DNA of 64,000 nucleotides from NCBI RefSeq assembly GCF_055900595.2, contig NZ_CM148325.1; one strand, 5' to 3'. Shown piece by piece: positions 21,756 to 32,739 of this stretch (position 1 is its first letter; each line of letters starts with the position of its first letter). The notes under the pieces were generated by a model. It saw only the letters and a program-made list of their open reading frames with translations, ran no database searches and was not told where the DNA came from. The position numbers and the translations under genes were made by a program.

Positions 21756-24700
21756 ATGAGTAAACTTTTGGATCGCTTTCGCTACTTCAAACAAAAGGGC
21801 GAAACCTTTGCCGATGGTCACGGACAGGTGATGCATAGCAACCGCGACTGGGAGGACAGCTATCGCCAGCGTTGGCAGTTCGACAAAATCGTGCGTTCCA
21901 CTCACGGCGTTAACTGTACAGGCTCCTGTAGCTGGAAAATCTACGTTAAAAATGGTCTGGTGACCTGGGAAATCCAACAGACCGACTACCCGCGCACTCG
22001 CCCTGACCTGCCCAATCATGAACCTCGCGGCTGCCCGCGTGGCGCAAGTTACTCCTGGTATCTTTACAGCGCTAACCGCCTGAAATACCCGCTCATTCGT
22101 AAACGACTGATTGAACTGTGGCGCGAAGCCCTCAAGCAACACAGCGATCCGGTACTGGCGTGGGCATCGATTATGAACGATCCGCAAAAGTGCCTGAGCT
22201 ACAAACAAGTGCGTGGGCGTGGCGGCTTTATCCGCTCCAACTGGCAGGAGCTAAACCAGTTGATTGCCGCCGCTAACGTCTGGACCATCAAAACTTACGG
22301 TCCTGATCGCGTTGCCGGTTTCTCGCCGATTCCGGCGATGTCGATGGTTTCTTACGCCGCCGGAACACGCTATCTGTCGCTGTTAGGTGGCACCTGTTTA
22401 AGTTTCTATGACTGGTATTGCGACCTGCCGCCTGCCTCGCCGATGACCTGGGGCGAGCAAACCGACGTGCCAGAATCTGCCGACTGGTATAACTCCAGCT
22501 ATATCATCGCCTGGGGTTCTAACGTACCGCAAACGCGCACACCAGACGCCCACTTCTTTACCGAAGTACGTTACAAAGGTACCAAAACTATCGCCATTAC
22601 CCCGGACTACTCTGAAGTAGCCAAATTGTGCGACCAGTGGCTGGCACCGAAACAAGGCACTGATAGCGCCCTGGCAATGGCAATGGGCCATGTGATTTTA
22701 AAAGAGTTCCATCTCGATAATCCCAGCGACTACTTTATCAATTACTGCCGCCGCTACAGCGACATGCCGATGCTGGTAATGCTGGAACCGCGCGACGATG
22801 GCAGCTACGTTCCCGGACGGATGATCCGTGCATCTGACCTGGTGGATGGGTTGGGCGAAAGCAACAATCCGCAGTGGAAAACCGTGGCAGTTAATACTGC
22901 GGGTGAACTGGTGGTGCCTAACGGTTCGATTGGTTTTCGTTGGGGCGAAAAAGGCAAATGGAACCTGGAATCTATCGCCGCCGGGACAGAAACTGAGTTA
23001 GCGTTAAGCTTGCTCGGTCAACACGACACTGTTGCAGGCGTGGCCTTCCCCTACTTTGGCGGCATTGAAAATCCACACTTTCGCAGCGTAAAAAATGATC
23101 CCATACTGGTGCGCCAGCTTCCGGTGAAAAATCTGACGCTCGCCGATGGAAGCACTTGTCCGGTGGTTAGCGTTTATGATCTGGTACTGGCAAATTACGG
23201 CCTCGATCGCGGGTTGGAAGATGAAAACAGCGCGAAAGATTACGCTGAAATCAAACCTTACACCCCAGCCTGGGGCGAGCAAATTACCGGCGTACCGCGC
23301 CAGTACATTGAAACCATCGCCCGCGAATTTGCCGATACCGCCCATAAAACGCATGGGCGCTCGATGATTATCCTCGGTGCTGGCGTCAACCATTGGTATC
23401 ACATGGACATGAACTACCGTGGGATGATCAACATGCTGATCTTCTGCGGTTGTGTCGGGCAAAGCGGTGGCGGCTGGGCACATTATGTCGGTCAGGAAAA
23501 ACTGCGCCCGCAAACCGGCTGGCTGCCTCTGGCCTTTGCACTCGACTGGAACCGACCACCGCGCCAGATGAACAGCACCTCATTTTTCTACAATCACTCC
23601 AGTCAATGGCGCTATGAAAAAGTCTCTGCTCAGGAGTTACTTTCACCGCTCGCCGATGCCAGTAAGTACAGCGGTCATCTGATTGATTTCAACGTTCGCG
23701 CCGAACGTATGGGCTGGCTACCTTCTGCGCCGCAGCTGGGGCGTAACCCGCTCGGGATTAAAGCTGAAGCCGACAAGGCCGGATTATCCCCCACAGAATT
23801 AACCGCCCAGGCGCTGAAATCGGGCGATTTACGCATGGCCTGCGAACAACCCGATAGCGGCAGCAATCATCCGCGTAATTTGTTTGTCTGGCGTTCTAAC
23901 CTGCTTGGCTCCTCCGGCAAAGGCCACGAATATATGCAGAAGTATCTGCTGGGAACCGAAAGTGGGATTCAGGGTGAGGAACTCGGTGCCAGCGACGGGA
24001 TCAAACCAGAAGAAGTCGAGTGGCAAACTGCGGCGATTGAAGGCAAGCTCGACCTGCTGGTGACGCTCGATTTCCGTATGTCCAGTACCTGCCTGTTCTC
24101 CGATATCGTTCTGCCCACCGCCACCTGGTACGAAAAAGACGATATGAACACCTCGGATATGCATCCGTTTATTCATCCGCTTTCTGCGGCGGTCGATCCG
24201 GCATGGGAATCACGCAGCGACTGGGAAATCTACAAAGGTATTGCCAAAGCATTTTCGCAAGTGTGCGTAGGGCATCTTGGCAAAGAAACCGACGTGGTAT
24301 TACAACCCCTACTGCATGACTCTCCGGCAGAGCTTTCGCAGCCGTGTGAAGTGCTCGACTGGCGCAAAGGCGAATGCGATCTGATCCCGGGTAAAACCGC
24401 GCCCAATATTGTAGCGGTGGAACGCGACTACCCTGCTACCTATGATCGCTTTACCTCGCTCGGGCCATTGATGGACAAACTTGGCAACGGCGGTAAAGGG
24501 ATTTCGTGGAATACCCAAGATGAAATCGATTTCCTCGGCAAACTCAATTACACCAAGCGTGATGGCCCGGCACAGGGGCGACCGCTGATTGACACCGCCA
24601 TTGATGCATCAGAAGTGATACTGGCGCTGGCACCGGAAACCAACGGGCATGTGGCGGTCAAAGCGTGGCAAGCGCTGGGCGAGATCACCGGACGCGAACA

Positions 24701-25496
24701 TACCCATCTGGCGCTGCACAAAGAGGACGAGAAGATCCGCTTTCGCGATATTCAGGCGCAGCCACGTAAAATTATCTCCAGCCCCACATGGTCTGGTCTG
24801 GAAAGCGATCACGTCTCCTACAACGCCGGATACACCAACGTTCATGAGTTAATTCCGTGGCGCACGCTGTCGGGACGCCAGCAGGTCTATCAGGATCATC
24901 CGTGGATGCGTGCCTTTGGTGAAAGCCTGGTGGCTTATCGTCCGCCTATCGACACGCGCAGCGTCAGCGAAATGCGCCAGATACCGCCAAACGGCTTCCC
25001 GGAAAAAGCACTTAACTTCCTGACACCGCACCAGAAATGGGGCATTCACTCTACCTACAGTGAAAACCTGCTGATGCTGACGCTCTCTCGCGGCGGGCCA
25101 ATTGTTTGGATCAGCGAAACCGATGCCCGCGAACTGACCATTGTCGATAACGACTGGGTGGAAGTGTTTAACGCCAACGGCGCGCTGACGGCCCGTGCAG
25201 TGGTCAGCCAACGTGTACCGTCGGGCATGACCATGATGTATCACGCCCAGGAACGCATAATGAATATCCCCGGTTCGGAAGTAACCGGCATGCGCGGCGG
25301 CATTCATAACTCGGTCACCCGCGTTTGTCCGAAACCAACGCATATGATTGGCGGTTACGCGCAGCTGGCCTGGGGCTTTAACTACTACGGCACCGTCGGC
25401 TCAAACCGTGACGAATTCATCATGATCCGCAAGATGAAGAACGTTAACTGGCTGGATGATGAAGGTCGCGATCAGGTACAGGAGGCGAAAAAATGA
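21756..25496 (+). CDS. narZ: respiratory nitrate reductase Z (NRZ), alpha subunit
   Basis: 1246-aa product from MSKLLDRFRYFKQKGETFADGHGQ with the N-terminal FeS ligand motif (HGVNCTGSCSWK) and molybdopterin-binding domains. The track ORF starts 41 codons upstream. Confidence 0.9.
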   Translation: MSKLLDRFRYFKQKGETFADGHGQVMHSNRDWEDSYRQRWQFDKIVRSTHGVNCTGSCSWKIYVKNGLVTWEIQQTDYPRTRPDLPNHEPRGCPRGASYSWYLYSANRLKYPLIRKRLIELWREALKQHSDPVLAWASIMNDPQKCLSYKQVRGRGGFIRSNWQELNQLIAAANVWTIKTYGPDRVAGFSPIPAMSMVSYAAGTRYLSLLGGTCLSFYDWYCDLPPASPMTWGEQTDVPESADWYNSSYIIAWGSNVPQTRTPDAHFFTEVRYKGTKTIAITPDYSEVAKLCDQWLAPKQGTDSALAMAMGHVILKEFHLDNPSDYFINYCRRYSDMPMLVMLEPRDDGSYVPGRMIRASDLVDGLGESNNPQWKTVAVNTAGELVVPNGSIGFRWGEKGKWNLESIAAGTETELALSLLGQHDTVAGVAFPYFGGIENPHFRSVKNDPILVRQLPVKNLTLADGSTCPVVSVYDLVLANYGLDRGLEDENSAKDYAEIKPYTPAWGEQITGVPRQYIETIAREFADTAHKTHGRSMIILGAGVNHWYHMDMNYRGMINMLIFCGCVGQSGGGWAHYVGQEKLRPQTGWLPLAFALDWNRPPRQMNSTSFFYNHSSQWRYEKVSAQELLSPLADASKYSGHLIDFNVRAERMGWLPSAPQLGRNPLGIKAEADKAGLSPTELTAQALKSGDLRMACEQPDSGSNHPRNLFVWRSNLLGSSGKGHEYMQKYLLGTESGIQGEELGASDGIKPEEVEWQTAAIEGKLDLLVTLDFRMSSTCLFSDIVLPTATWYEKDDMNTSDMHPFIHPLSAAVDPAWESRSDWEIYKGIAKAFSQVCVGHLGKETDVVLQPLLHDSPAELSQPCEVLDWRKGECDLIPGKTAPNIVAVERDYPATYDRFTSLGPLMDKLGNGGKGISWNTQDEIDFLGKLNYTKRDGPAQGRPLIDTAIDASEVILALAPETNGHVAVKAWQALGEITGREHTHLALHKEDEKIRFRDIQAQPRKIISSPTWSGLESDHVSYNAGYTNVHELIPWRTLSGRQQVYQDHPWMRAFGESLVAYRPPIDTRSVSEMRQIPPNGFPEKALNFLTPHQKWGIHSTYSENLLMLTLSRGGPIVWISETDARELTIVDNDWVEVFNANGALTARAVVSQRVPSGMTMMYHAQERIMNIPGSEVTGMRGGIHNSVTRVCPKPTHMIGGYAQLAWGFNYYGTVGSNRDEFIMIRKMKNVNWLDDEGRDQVQEAKK

Positions 25497-27036
25497 AAAT
25501 ACGTTCGCAAGTCGGCATGGTGCTTAACCTCGATAAATGTATCGGCTGCCATACCTGTTCGGTGACCTGTAAAAACGTCTGGACCGGACGCGAAGGCATG
25601 GAGTACGCATGGTTTAACAACGTCGAAACCAAACCGGGTATTGGTTATCCGAAAAACTGGGAAGATCAGGAAGAGTGGCAAGGCGGCTGGGTCCGCGATG
25701 TCAACGGTAAGATCCGCCCGCGTCTGGGCAGCAAGATGGGGGTGATTACCAAAATCTTCGCCAACCCGGTGGTGCCGCAGATTGACGATTACTACGAACC
25801 TTTCACCTTCGACTACGAACATTTGCATAGCGCACCGGAAGGCAAACATATCCCTACTGCTCGCCCGCGTTCACTGATTGACGGCAAACGGATGGACAAA
25901 GTGATCTGGGGGCCAAACTGGGAAGAATTGTTGGGCGGTGAGTTCGAAAAACGCGCTCGTGACCGCAACTTTGACGCCATGCAAAAGGAGATGTACGGGC
26001 AGTTTGAAAACACGTTCATGATGTACCTGCCGCGCCTGTGCGAACACTGCCTTAACCCCAGCTGCGTGGCGACCTGCCCAAGCGGCGCGATCTACAAACG
26101 CGAAGAAGACGGCATTGTGCTCATCGACCAGGATAAATGCCGTGGCTGGCGTTTGTGCATTAGCGGTTGTCCGTACAAGAAAATCTACTTCAACTGGAAA
26201 AGCGGTAAGTCAGAAAAATGCATCTTCTGTTACCCACGAATTGAGTCAGGCCAACCCACCGTGTGCTCAGAAACCTGCGTGGGTCGCATCCGGTATCTGG
26301 GCGTGCTGCTTTACGACGCCGACCGCATCGAGGAAGCGGCGAGCACCGAGCGCGAAGTTGACCTCTATGAACGCCAGTGCGAAGTGTTCCTCGATCCGCA
26401 CGATCCCTCTGTGATCGAAGAAGCCCTGAAACAAGGTATTCCACAAAACGTGATTGAAGCTGCCCAGCGTTCGCCAGTCTACAAAATGGCGATGGACTGG
26501 AAACTGGCGTTACCGCTGCACCCTGAATACCGCACCCTGCCGATGGTCTGGTACGTTCCTCCGCTGTCACCGATTCAGTCTTACGCTGATGCGGGTGGCT
26601 TGCCGAAAAGCGAAGGTGTGCTTCCCGCTATCGAAAGCCTACGTATACCGGTGCAATATCTCGCCAATATGTTGAGTGCGGGCGATACCGGTCCGGTGCT
26701 GCGGCACTAAAACGGATGATGGCGATGCGCCACTATATGCGTTCACAAACCGTGGAAGGCGTTACCGATACCCGCGCCATTGACGAAGTAGGGCTGAGCG
26801 TCGCCCAGGTCGAAGAGATGTATCGCTACCTCGCCATTGCCAACTATGAAGACCGTTTTGTCATTCCAACCAGTCATCGGGAAATGGCGGGCGATGCCTT
26901 CGCAGAACGCAATGGCTGCGGTTTTACCTTTGGCGACGGTTGCCACGGCTCGGACAGCAAATTCAACCTGTTCAACAGTAGCCGTATCGATGCCATCAAC
27001 ATCACCGAAGTGCGCGACAAAGCGGAGGGCGAATAA
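25493..27036 (+). pseudogene. narY: nitrate reductase Z beta subunit, reading frame split by an apparent 1-nt deletion
   Basis: ORF 25493..26710 (405 aa, ends ...GPVLRH*) and ORF 26716..27036 (106 aa, MMAMRHYMRSQ...) together cover a complete NarH/NarY-type beta subunit (4 Cys clusters) but lie in different frames. The junction is at CTGCGGCACTAAAACGG, consistent with loss of one G in a G-run. Confidence 0.7.
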
Positions 27037-27731
27037 TGCAGATCCTCAAAGTGATCGGCCTGTTGATGGAGTATCCGGACGAGCTGTTGTGGGAATGTAA
27101 GGAGGACGCGCTGGCGTTGATCCGCCGCGACGCACCGATGCTCACCGATTTTGCACTCGACCTGCTCAACGCGCCGCTGCTGGATAAACAGGCCGAATGG
27201 TGTGAAGTGTTCGACCGCGGGCGCACCACGTCGCTGCTGCTGTTCGAACATGTTCATGCCGAATCCCGCGATCGAGGCCAGGCAATGGTGGACCTGCTGG
27301 CGGAGTATGAAAAGGTCGGTCTGCAACTGGATTGTCGGGAACTGCCCGATTATCTGCCGCTGTACCTGGAGTACTTAAGTGTGCTGCCGGACGATCAGGC
27401 AAAAGAAGGATTACTCAACGTTGCGCCGATCCTCGCCCTGCTTGGCGGACGCTTAAAACAACGCGAGACACCGTGGTACGCGTTATTTGACGCCCTTTTG
27501 CAACTGGCAGGAAGTCCCCTGTCAAGTGACAGTGTCACAAAACAAATTCGTAGTGAAGAGCGTGACGACACCCGCCAGGCGCTGGATGCGGTGTGGGAAG
27601 AAGAACAGGTGAAGTTTATTGAAGATAACGCCACGGCGTGTGACAGCTCGCCGCTTAATCAATATCAGCGACGCTTTAGCCAGGATGTCGCGCCGCAGTA
27701 CGTCGACATCAGTGCGGGAGGTGGGAAATGA
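27036..27731 (+). CDS. narW: nitrate reductase Z delta subunit (assembly chaperone)
   Basis: 231-aa NarJ-family ORF, coupled to narY (TAATG overlap) and narV. Confidence 0.9.
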
Positions 27732-28408
27732 TTCAGTATCTGAACGTCTTTTTTTACGATATCTACCCATACATTTGTGCGACGGTGTTTTTCCTTGGCA
27801 GCTGGCTGCGCTATGACTACGGGCAGTACACCTGGCGCGCCTCCTCGAGCCAGATGCTCGATAAACGCGGGATGGTGATATGGTCGAATCTGTTCCATAT
27901 CGGCATTCTGGGGATCTTCTTCGGTCATCTGTTCGGCATGTTAACACCGCACTGGATGTACGCGTGGTTTTTACCAGTGGCAGCGAAACAACTGATGGCA
28001 ATGGTGCTCGGCGGTATTTGCGGCGTGTTGACGTTGATTGGCGGTGCAGGACTGCTGTGGCGCAGGCTGACAAATCAGCGTGTGCGTGCTACTTCCACCA
28101 CGCCGGATATCATCATCATGAGCATATTGCTGATCCAATGTTTGTTGGGGCTAAGTACCATACCGTTTTCAGCACAGTATCCTGATGGTAGCGAAATGAT
28201 GAAACTGGTGGGTTGGGCGCAAAGTATCGTCACTTTCCGTGGAGGATCGTCAGAAATGCTTAACGGCGTAGCGTTCGTTTTCCGCCTGCATCTGGTATTG
28301 GGAATGACCATCTTCCTGCTCTTCCCGTTCACCCGACTGGTGCATGTGTGGAGCGCGCCGTTTGAGTACTTTACTCGTCGGTATCAGATTGTGCGCTCGC
28401 GGCGATAA
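27728..28408 (+). CDS. narV: nitrate reductase Z gamma subunit (cytochrome b)
   Basis: 226-aa NarI-family membrane protein with conserved His-containing helices. 4-bp overlap with narW. Confidence 0.9.
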
Positions 28409-28487
28409 TTTTCACCCTGGCCGGATAGCCCTTCGCTCTCCGGCCACTTGCAGGCTATGATAGTTCTCCAGCCACAGGAGAACGTTA

Positions 28488-29381
28488 ATGAAACCGCAGG
28501 TGTACCACGTCGATGCTTTTACCTCACAACCGTTTCGCGGCAATTCTGCCGGTGTTGTTTTTCCCGCCGATAAACTTAGCGAAGCGCAAATGCAGCTTAT
28601 CGCCCGCGAATTAGGTCATTCGGAAACTGCTTTTCTGCTGCACAGCGACGACAGCGATGTACACGTTCGATACTTTACGCCAACGGTTGAAGTGCCAATT
28701 TGCGGTCACGCAACGGTGGCTGCGCACTATGTACGTGCAAAGGTATTAGGTTTGGGAAATTGCACGGTCTGGCAAACGTCGCTGGCAGGAAAACATCGCG
28801 TGACTATCGAAAAGCATAACGATGATTATCGTATTTCGCTGGAACAAGGTACGCCGGGCTTTGAGCCACCGCTGGAAGGTGAAACACGTGCAGCGATTAT
28901 CAACGCGCTTCATCTCACTGAAGACGATATTCTGCCAGGCTTGCCAATTCAGGTGGCAACCACAGGACACTCAAAAGTGATGATCCCACTGAAATCTGAA
29001 GTGGATATCGACGCCCTTTCGCCTGACCTTGCTGCGCTGACCGCAATCAGCAAGCAGATTGGCTGCAATGGTTTCTTCCCGTTCCAGATCCGCCCAGGCA
29101 AAAATGAAACCGATGGTCGCATGTTCTCACCTGCGATTGGTATTGTGGAAGATCCGGTGACCGGCAATGCCAATGGCCCGATGGGCGCATGGTTGGTACA
29201 TCACAACTTACTACCCCACGATGGCAGCGTGTTGCGTGTTAAAGGCCATCAGGGGCGCGCACTGGGGCGTGACGGCGTGATTGATGTGACGGTGACAATT
29301 CGAGATAACCAACCGGAGAAAGTTACCATTTCCGGCACGGCGGTGATTCTTTTCCATGCTGAATGGGCCATTGATTTTTGA
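28488..29381 (+). CDS. yddE: PhzF-family isomerase-like protein
   Basis: 297-aa ORF with PhzF/DapF-like fold hallmarks. Synteny between narV and nhoA. Confidence 0.85.
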   Translation: MKPQVYHVDAFTSQPFRGNSAGVVFPADKLSEAQMQLIARELGHSETAFLLHSDDSDVHVRYFTPTVEVPICGHATVAAHYVRAKVLGLGNCTVWQTSLAGKHRVTIEKHNDDYRISLEQGTPGFEPPLEGETRAAIINALHLTEDDILPGLPIQVATTGHSKVMIPLKSEVDIDALSPDLAALTAISKQIGCNGFFPFQIRPGKNETDGRMFSPAIGIVEDPVTGNANGPMGAWLVHHNLLPHDGSVLRVKGHQGRALGRDGVIDVTVTIRDNQPEKVTISGTAVILFHAEWAIDF

Positions 29382-29385
29382 TACC

Positions 29386-29468
29386 GTTGCCTGATGCGCT
29401 TCGCTTATCAGGCCTACAACCGGGCTAATGTGGGCCGGTTGTAGGCGTTTACGCCGCATCCGGCCCCT
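29386..29468. repeat. BIME/REP cluster (two REP units in opposite orientation)
   Basis: GCCTGATGCGCTTCGCTTATCAGGCCTACAA and CCGGTTGTAGGCGTTTACGCCGCATCCGGC match enterobacterial REP consensus. Confidence 0.65.
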
Positions 29469-29476
29469 GGCACAAA

Positions 29477-30322
29477 CTATTTCCCCGCCTCCGGATGCGT
29501 ATCAAACGCCGCCATCACCAACGCCAGTTCATCCACAGTAAAGCCATGCTTTGCGTCATCTACGCCCAGACCAAACTGCTCCTGCATCACGGCATATAAC
29601 GACGCCACATCCGGTAGATTTCGCTGCTCCACTGCATGTCCATTTTCATAATGGGTGAAATGAAAATTGGTCAGTGTCAGTTTGCCACCGTCCGGCAAAT
29701 GGCGGCACATCAGCAAATGATGGCGAAAATGCGATTGCGGCCAGTGCGCCGACCAGAAATTCCCCATCACATAATCACTTTGTTGTTGTTCACAGAGATC
29801 AAAACGGTACATCGACTGCCAGTGCTGATGATGATTAAACTGCAAAATCCAGTCGTTCCCTTCCTGTAACAGCCGATATTCGCCATGTGGCGTTGTTTGC
29901 GCGATATCCGCCACTAAACGAATCGGCGCAGTCAAAGTCTGCCCACCGAAACCGGCATCGGCAATCCAGTGTTCGCCTTCCAGCTCCACCAACAACAAAC
30001 GATGGGTACGCGGCGGTAATGCTGGCGGATTAGATAACACTACGCGCCCTAACAGACTGCGTACCTGAAAACCCAGCTCGCGTAACACCCGCTCAAACAC
30101 GCCATTCTGCTCAAAGCAGTAACCACCACGCTGGGCGAGCACCAATTTCTCTTCCAGCGATTGATCATCAAGCTGCATTTCTCTCGGCAGCAAAACATCG
30201 AGATTTTCAAATGGAATGGTGCAATTGTGTTTCAGGTGTAATGCGCGCAGCGTTTCGATATTGACCGCAGCCGCTCCCGACCAGTTAATGCGGGTAAAAT
30301 AGTGATTCAGAATGGGCGTCAT
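29477..30322 (-). CDS. nhoA: arylamine N-acetyltransferase / N-hydroxyarylamine O-acetyltransferase
   Basis: 281-aa ORF with the NAT catalytic Cys context (RGGYCFEQN) and conserved His/Asp region. Confidence 0.9.
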   Translation of the reverse strand: MTPILNHYFTRINWSGAAAVNIETLRALHLKHNCTIPFENLDVLLPREMQLDDQSLEEKLVLAQRGGYCFEQNGVFERVLRELGFQVRSLLGRVVLSNPPALPPRTHRLLLVELEGEHWIADAGFGGQTLTAPIRLVADIAQTTPHGEYRLLQEGNDWILQFNHHQHWQSMYRFDLCEQQQSDYVMGNFWSAHWPQSHFRHHLLMCRHLPDGGKLTLTNFHFTHYENGHAVEQRNLPDVASLYAVMQEQFGLGVDDAKHGFTVDELALVMAAFDTHPEAGK

Positions 30323-30496
30323 CAGGCGTTTCCGTTTGTGGTTTTCTCAATTTATAACCTGGAATAGACGCCGCACCGGCTATTTTGTGCGATCGCGGAC
30401 ATGCATCACGTTCGCAAATCGCCAATCCCGTTAATTTCGTTACTTATTGCGTTACGAGCTACGCTTTTAAAACAACCTTCTTAGCGAGGCGATACC

Positions 30497-31066
30497 GTGA
30501 GCCGATTCATCCCCGTCGAATTACACCATGCCAGCCGTCTGTTAAACCACGGCCCCACAGTTTTGATAACAACTTTTGATGAAAAATCACAGCGACGTAA
30601 TGTGATGGCTGCGGCCTGGTCGATGCCGGTGGAGTTTGAACCGCCACGCATAGCGATTGTGGTAGATAAATCGACATGGACCAGGGAGTTGATTGAGCGT
30701 AACGGTAAATTTGGCATTGTTGTCCCAGGTGTTGCAGCGACTAACTGGACGTGGGCGGTGGGAAGTGTCTCGGGTCGTGAAGAAGATAAATTTAATTGCT
30801 ATGGCATTCCGGTTGTGAAAGGTCCGGTGCTTGGATTGCCGCTGGTTGAAGAGAAATGTCTGGCATGGATGGAGTGTCGATTGCTACCAGCGACTTCTGC
30901 GCAAGAAAAATACGATACGCTATTTGGCGAGGTAGTATCAGCTGCGGCAGACGCACGAGTATTTGTCGAAGGCCGCTGGCAGTTTGATGATGACAAACTC
31001 AATACACTACATCATTTAGGTGCTGGCACGTTTGTTACCAGCGGCAAGCGAGTCACCGCGGGCTAA
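30497..31066 (+). CDS. yddH: flavin reductase-like (FMN-binding split barrel) protein
   Basis: 189-aa ORF; flavin-reductase-like domain inferred from sequence character and synteny next to nhoA. Confidence 0.75.
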   Translation: MSRFIPVELHHASRLLNHGPTVLITTFDEKSQRRNVMAAAWSMPVEFEPPRIAIVVDKSTWTRELIERNGKFGIVVPGVAATNWTWAVGSVSGREEDKFNCYGIPVVKGPVLGLPLVEEKCLAWMECRLLPATSAQEKYDTLFGEVVSAAADARVFVEGRWQFDDDKLNTLHHLGAGTFVTSGKRVTAG

Positions 31067-31226
31067 ATGTTTGCCGTAGTTATCATGGATGGCAGACAGC
31101 AAATAAGTGCCTATCAGAGAAAAAATCTGCGTCTGCTGTGTGCGGCGGTCGGGAGTTGACTATGCCGTTAAAAATGCCGTCCTGCGGAATTCATGAGCAA
31201 TTCCATTACTATAAGTAAATTAATTA

Positions 31227-31811
31227 TCATTCATTAGTCATGTTTGATTTTAACATCATATCTTTGTAAAAATTAATTTGGGTGTCATTCGTAGGGAAAA
31301 AACCATCACGTAGCATGTAGGATCTGACATGCCAAAACATGTCCTCGGCCATCGATAAAGGATCACATTCAGTGAAATAATTGTCCAGGATATCGAATAT
31401 TTTCTCATCATCAGAGTCACATTGATTTTCATAGTTTAATATTTTAGCTTGTTCAAGCACCATAAAAATAAATACATTATTAAAGCTTATGAAATTATTT
31501 ATATTTGTATTGCAAAAAATCAATGAATAAGAACATTGATCGTTCTTACCGTTACTTATGTGATAGATTTTTCTGCTTTTTTCCTCAATTGCAAAATGTC
31601 CTTCTAGATCGTGACCAAAGACAATGTATTTTTTGCTATTTGCAGTGAAATAATACAAAGCATTGTGATAAAATGTTAAGGCATAATTATCATACGGTTG
31701 TATAAGGTAAACCTTATCTCTTATTTCTTTTAATAAGTTTGATTTTGAATCAGATTTGTTAATTTCACAAATTTTTTCATTTATCTTAACGTTAAATGGA
31801 TTTAATGACAT
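31227..31811 (-). CDS. hypothetical protein; candidate orphan immunity protein for the adjacent orphan Rhs C-terminal fragment
   Basis: 194-aa AT-rich ORF whose ATG lies about 95 bp downstream of the orphan Rhs toxin-tip stop, with an AAGGAAG RBS. Typical rhs toxin/immunity arrangement. Confidence 0.5.
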   Translation of the reverse strand: MSLNPFNVKINEKICEINKSDSKSNLLKEIRDKVYLIQPYDNYALTFYHNALYYFTANSKKYIVFGHDLEGHFAIEEKSRKIYHISNGKNDQCSYSLIFCNTNINNFISFNNVFIFMVLEQAKILNYENQCDSDDEKIFDILDNYFTECDPLSMAEDMFWHVRSYMLRDGFFPTNDTQINFYKDMMLKSNMTNE

Positions 31812-31907
31812 AATTATCTTCCTTTTAATTTATCAAGAGCAGCCTGTAAAAGTGAACACCCCATATTACAGGGAAAGATTACGAAAGCCCGCTCCCCCAG
31901 GGAAAGA

Positions 31908-32327
31908 TTACGGTGTGCCTACGGCACACGATGATCTTTCCCTGACGCCATCACGAGTTACATGAGCAATATCATCTTTCAACTGACTGGATAGATGCAT
32001 TGAATTCTGATTCTTAGTTTCAGCAATGTAACGTCCATCACCAGACATATGATCAGGAAGTCGATAATCTTTTTTGCCGCTAGCACTTGGGATTTTTACC
32101 GTATTTTTAGGTAGTCCAGTTAATTCAGAAGAATTTTTCTCACCCGCCTTACCTAAATCTGTACAGGCTTTTCCTCCCTTTAATCCTAAAGGATCGATCC
32201 AGCCTAACGGATTCGGCGCATACTGATAAAGATTCAGTCCCCCCGCCAGCCCTATCGGGTCTGGCTGCGTAAACCGCCCGCAGTCCGGATCGTAGTACCT
32301 GAGTAAGTATACCCACGCTCAAGATGC
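31908..32327 (-). pseudogene. orphan Rhs C-terminal fragment (conserved core end plus alternative toxin tip, no start codon)
   Basis: Minus-strand frame translates ...[40 protein letters not shown] followed by a divergent roughly 90-aa tip. The 5-prime approximately 60 bp are near-identical to 33110-33180 in the full-length rhs. No in-frame start upstream (TGA at 32328-32330). Confidence 0.7.
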
Positions 32328-32409
32328 ATCTCTTAAAAATAAAGAAGCAGCGCAGTGTTTATTACCTTCTGCGATTACACTCGCTGCATGCAACTCTGAT
32401 GCTTCACGA

Positions 32410-32736
32410 CTATTTATTTAAACCGGACATATTAATACCTATATACGATAATTCATCTAAATCTTGATGCCTATTTGTAGGTTCTAAATAACGTGCAGGA
32501 AATAAATCCCTGGCAGCATGATAATATAAAATAGAGATAATATCCTTTTGTATTTCCTTCAATGCCTCTCTATTTTCACAACCAGTAATTTCATAAACCT
32601 CCTGATCGCTACAATTTTCTAATACATAATTTATGCACGATTCATAAATCATCAAACCGTCTTCTGATACATCAATGTGAAATTGATTCACTGTTCCTGA
32701 AGGATTTCTATGTTCCAATAAATACATTTCTCTCAC
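32410..32736 (-). CDS. candidate Rhs immunity protein (RhsI)
   Basis: 108-aa acidic, AT-rich ORF starting 3 nt after the rhs stop codon. Confidence 0.6.
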   Translation of the reverse strand: MREMYLLEHRNPSGTVNQFHIDVSEDGLMIYESCINYVLENCSDQEVYEITGCENREALKEIQKDIISILYYHAARDLFPARYLEPTNRHQDLDELSYIGINMSGLNK

Positions 32737-32739
32737 CTA

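Noticed and set aside
21648-25343. Minus-strand ORFs within narZ (21648..22208, 23004..23513, 24849..25343)
   Set aside because: Antisense to narZ; no start context or domain features.
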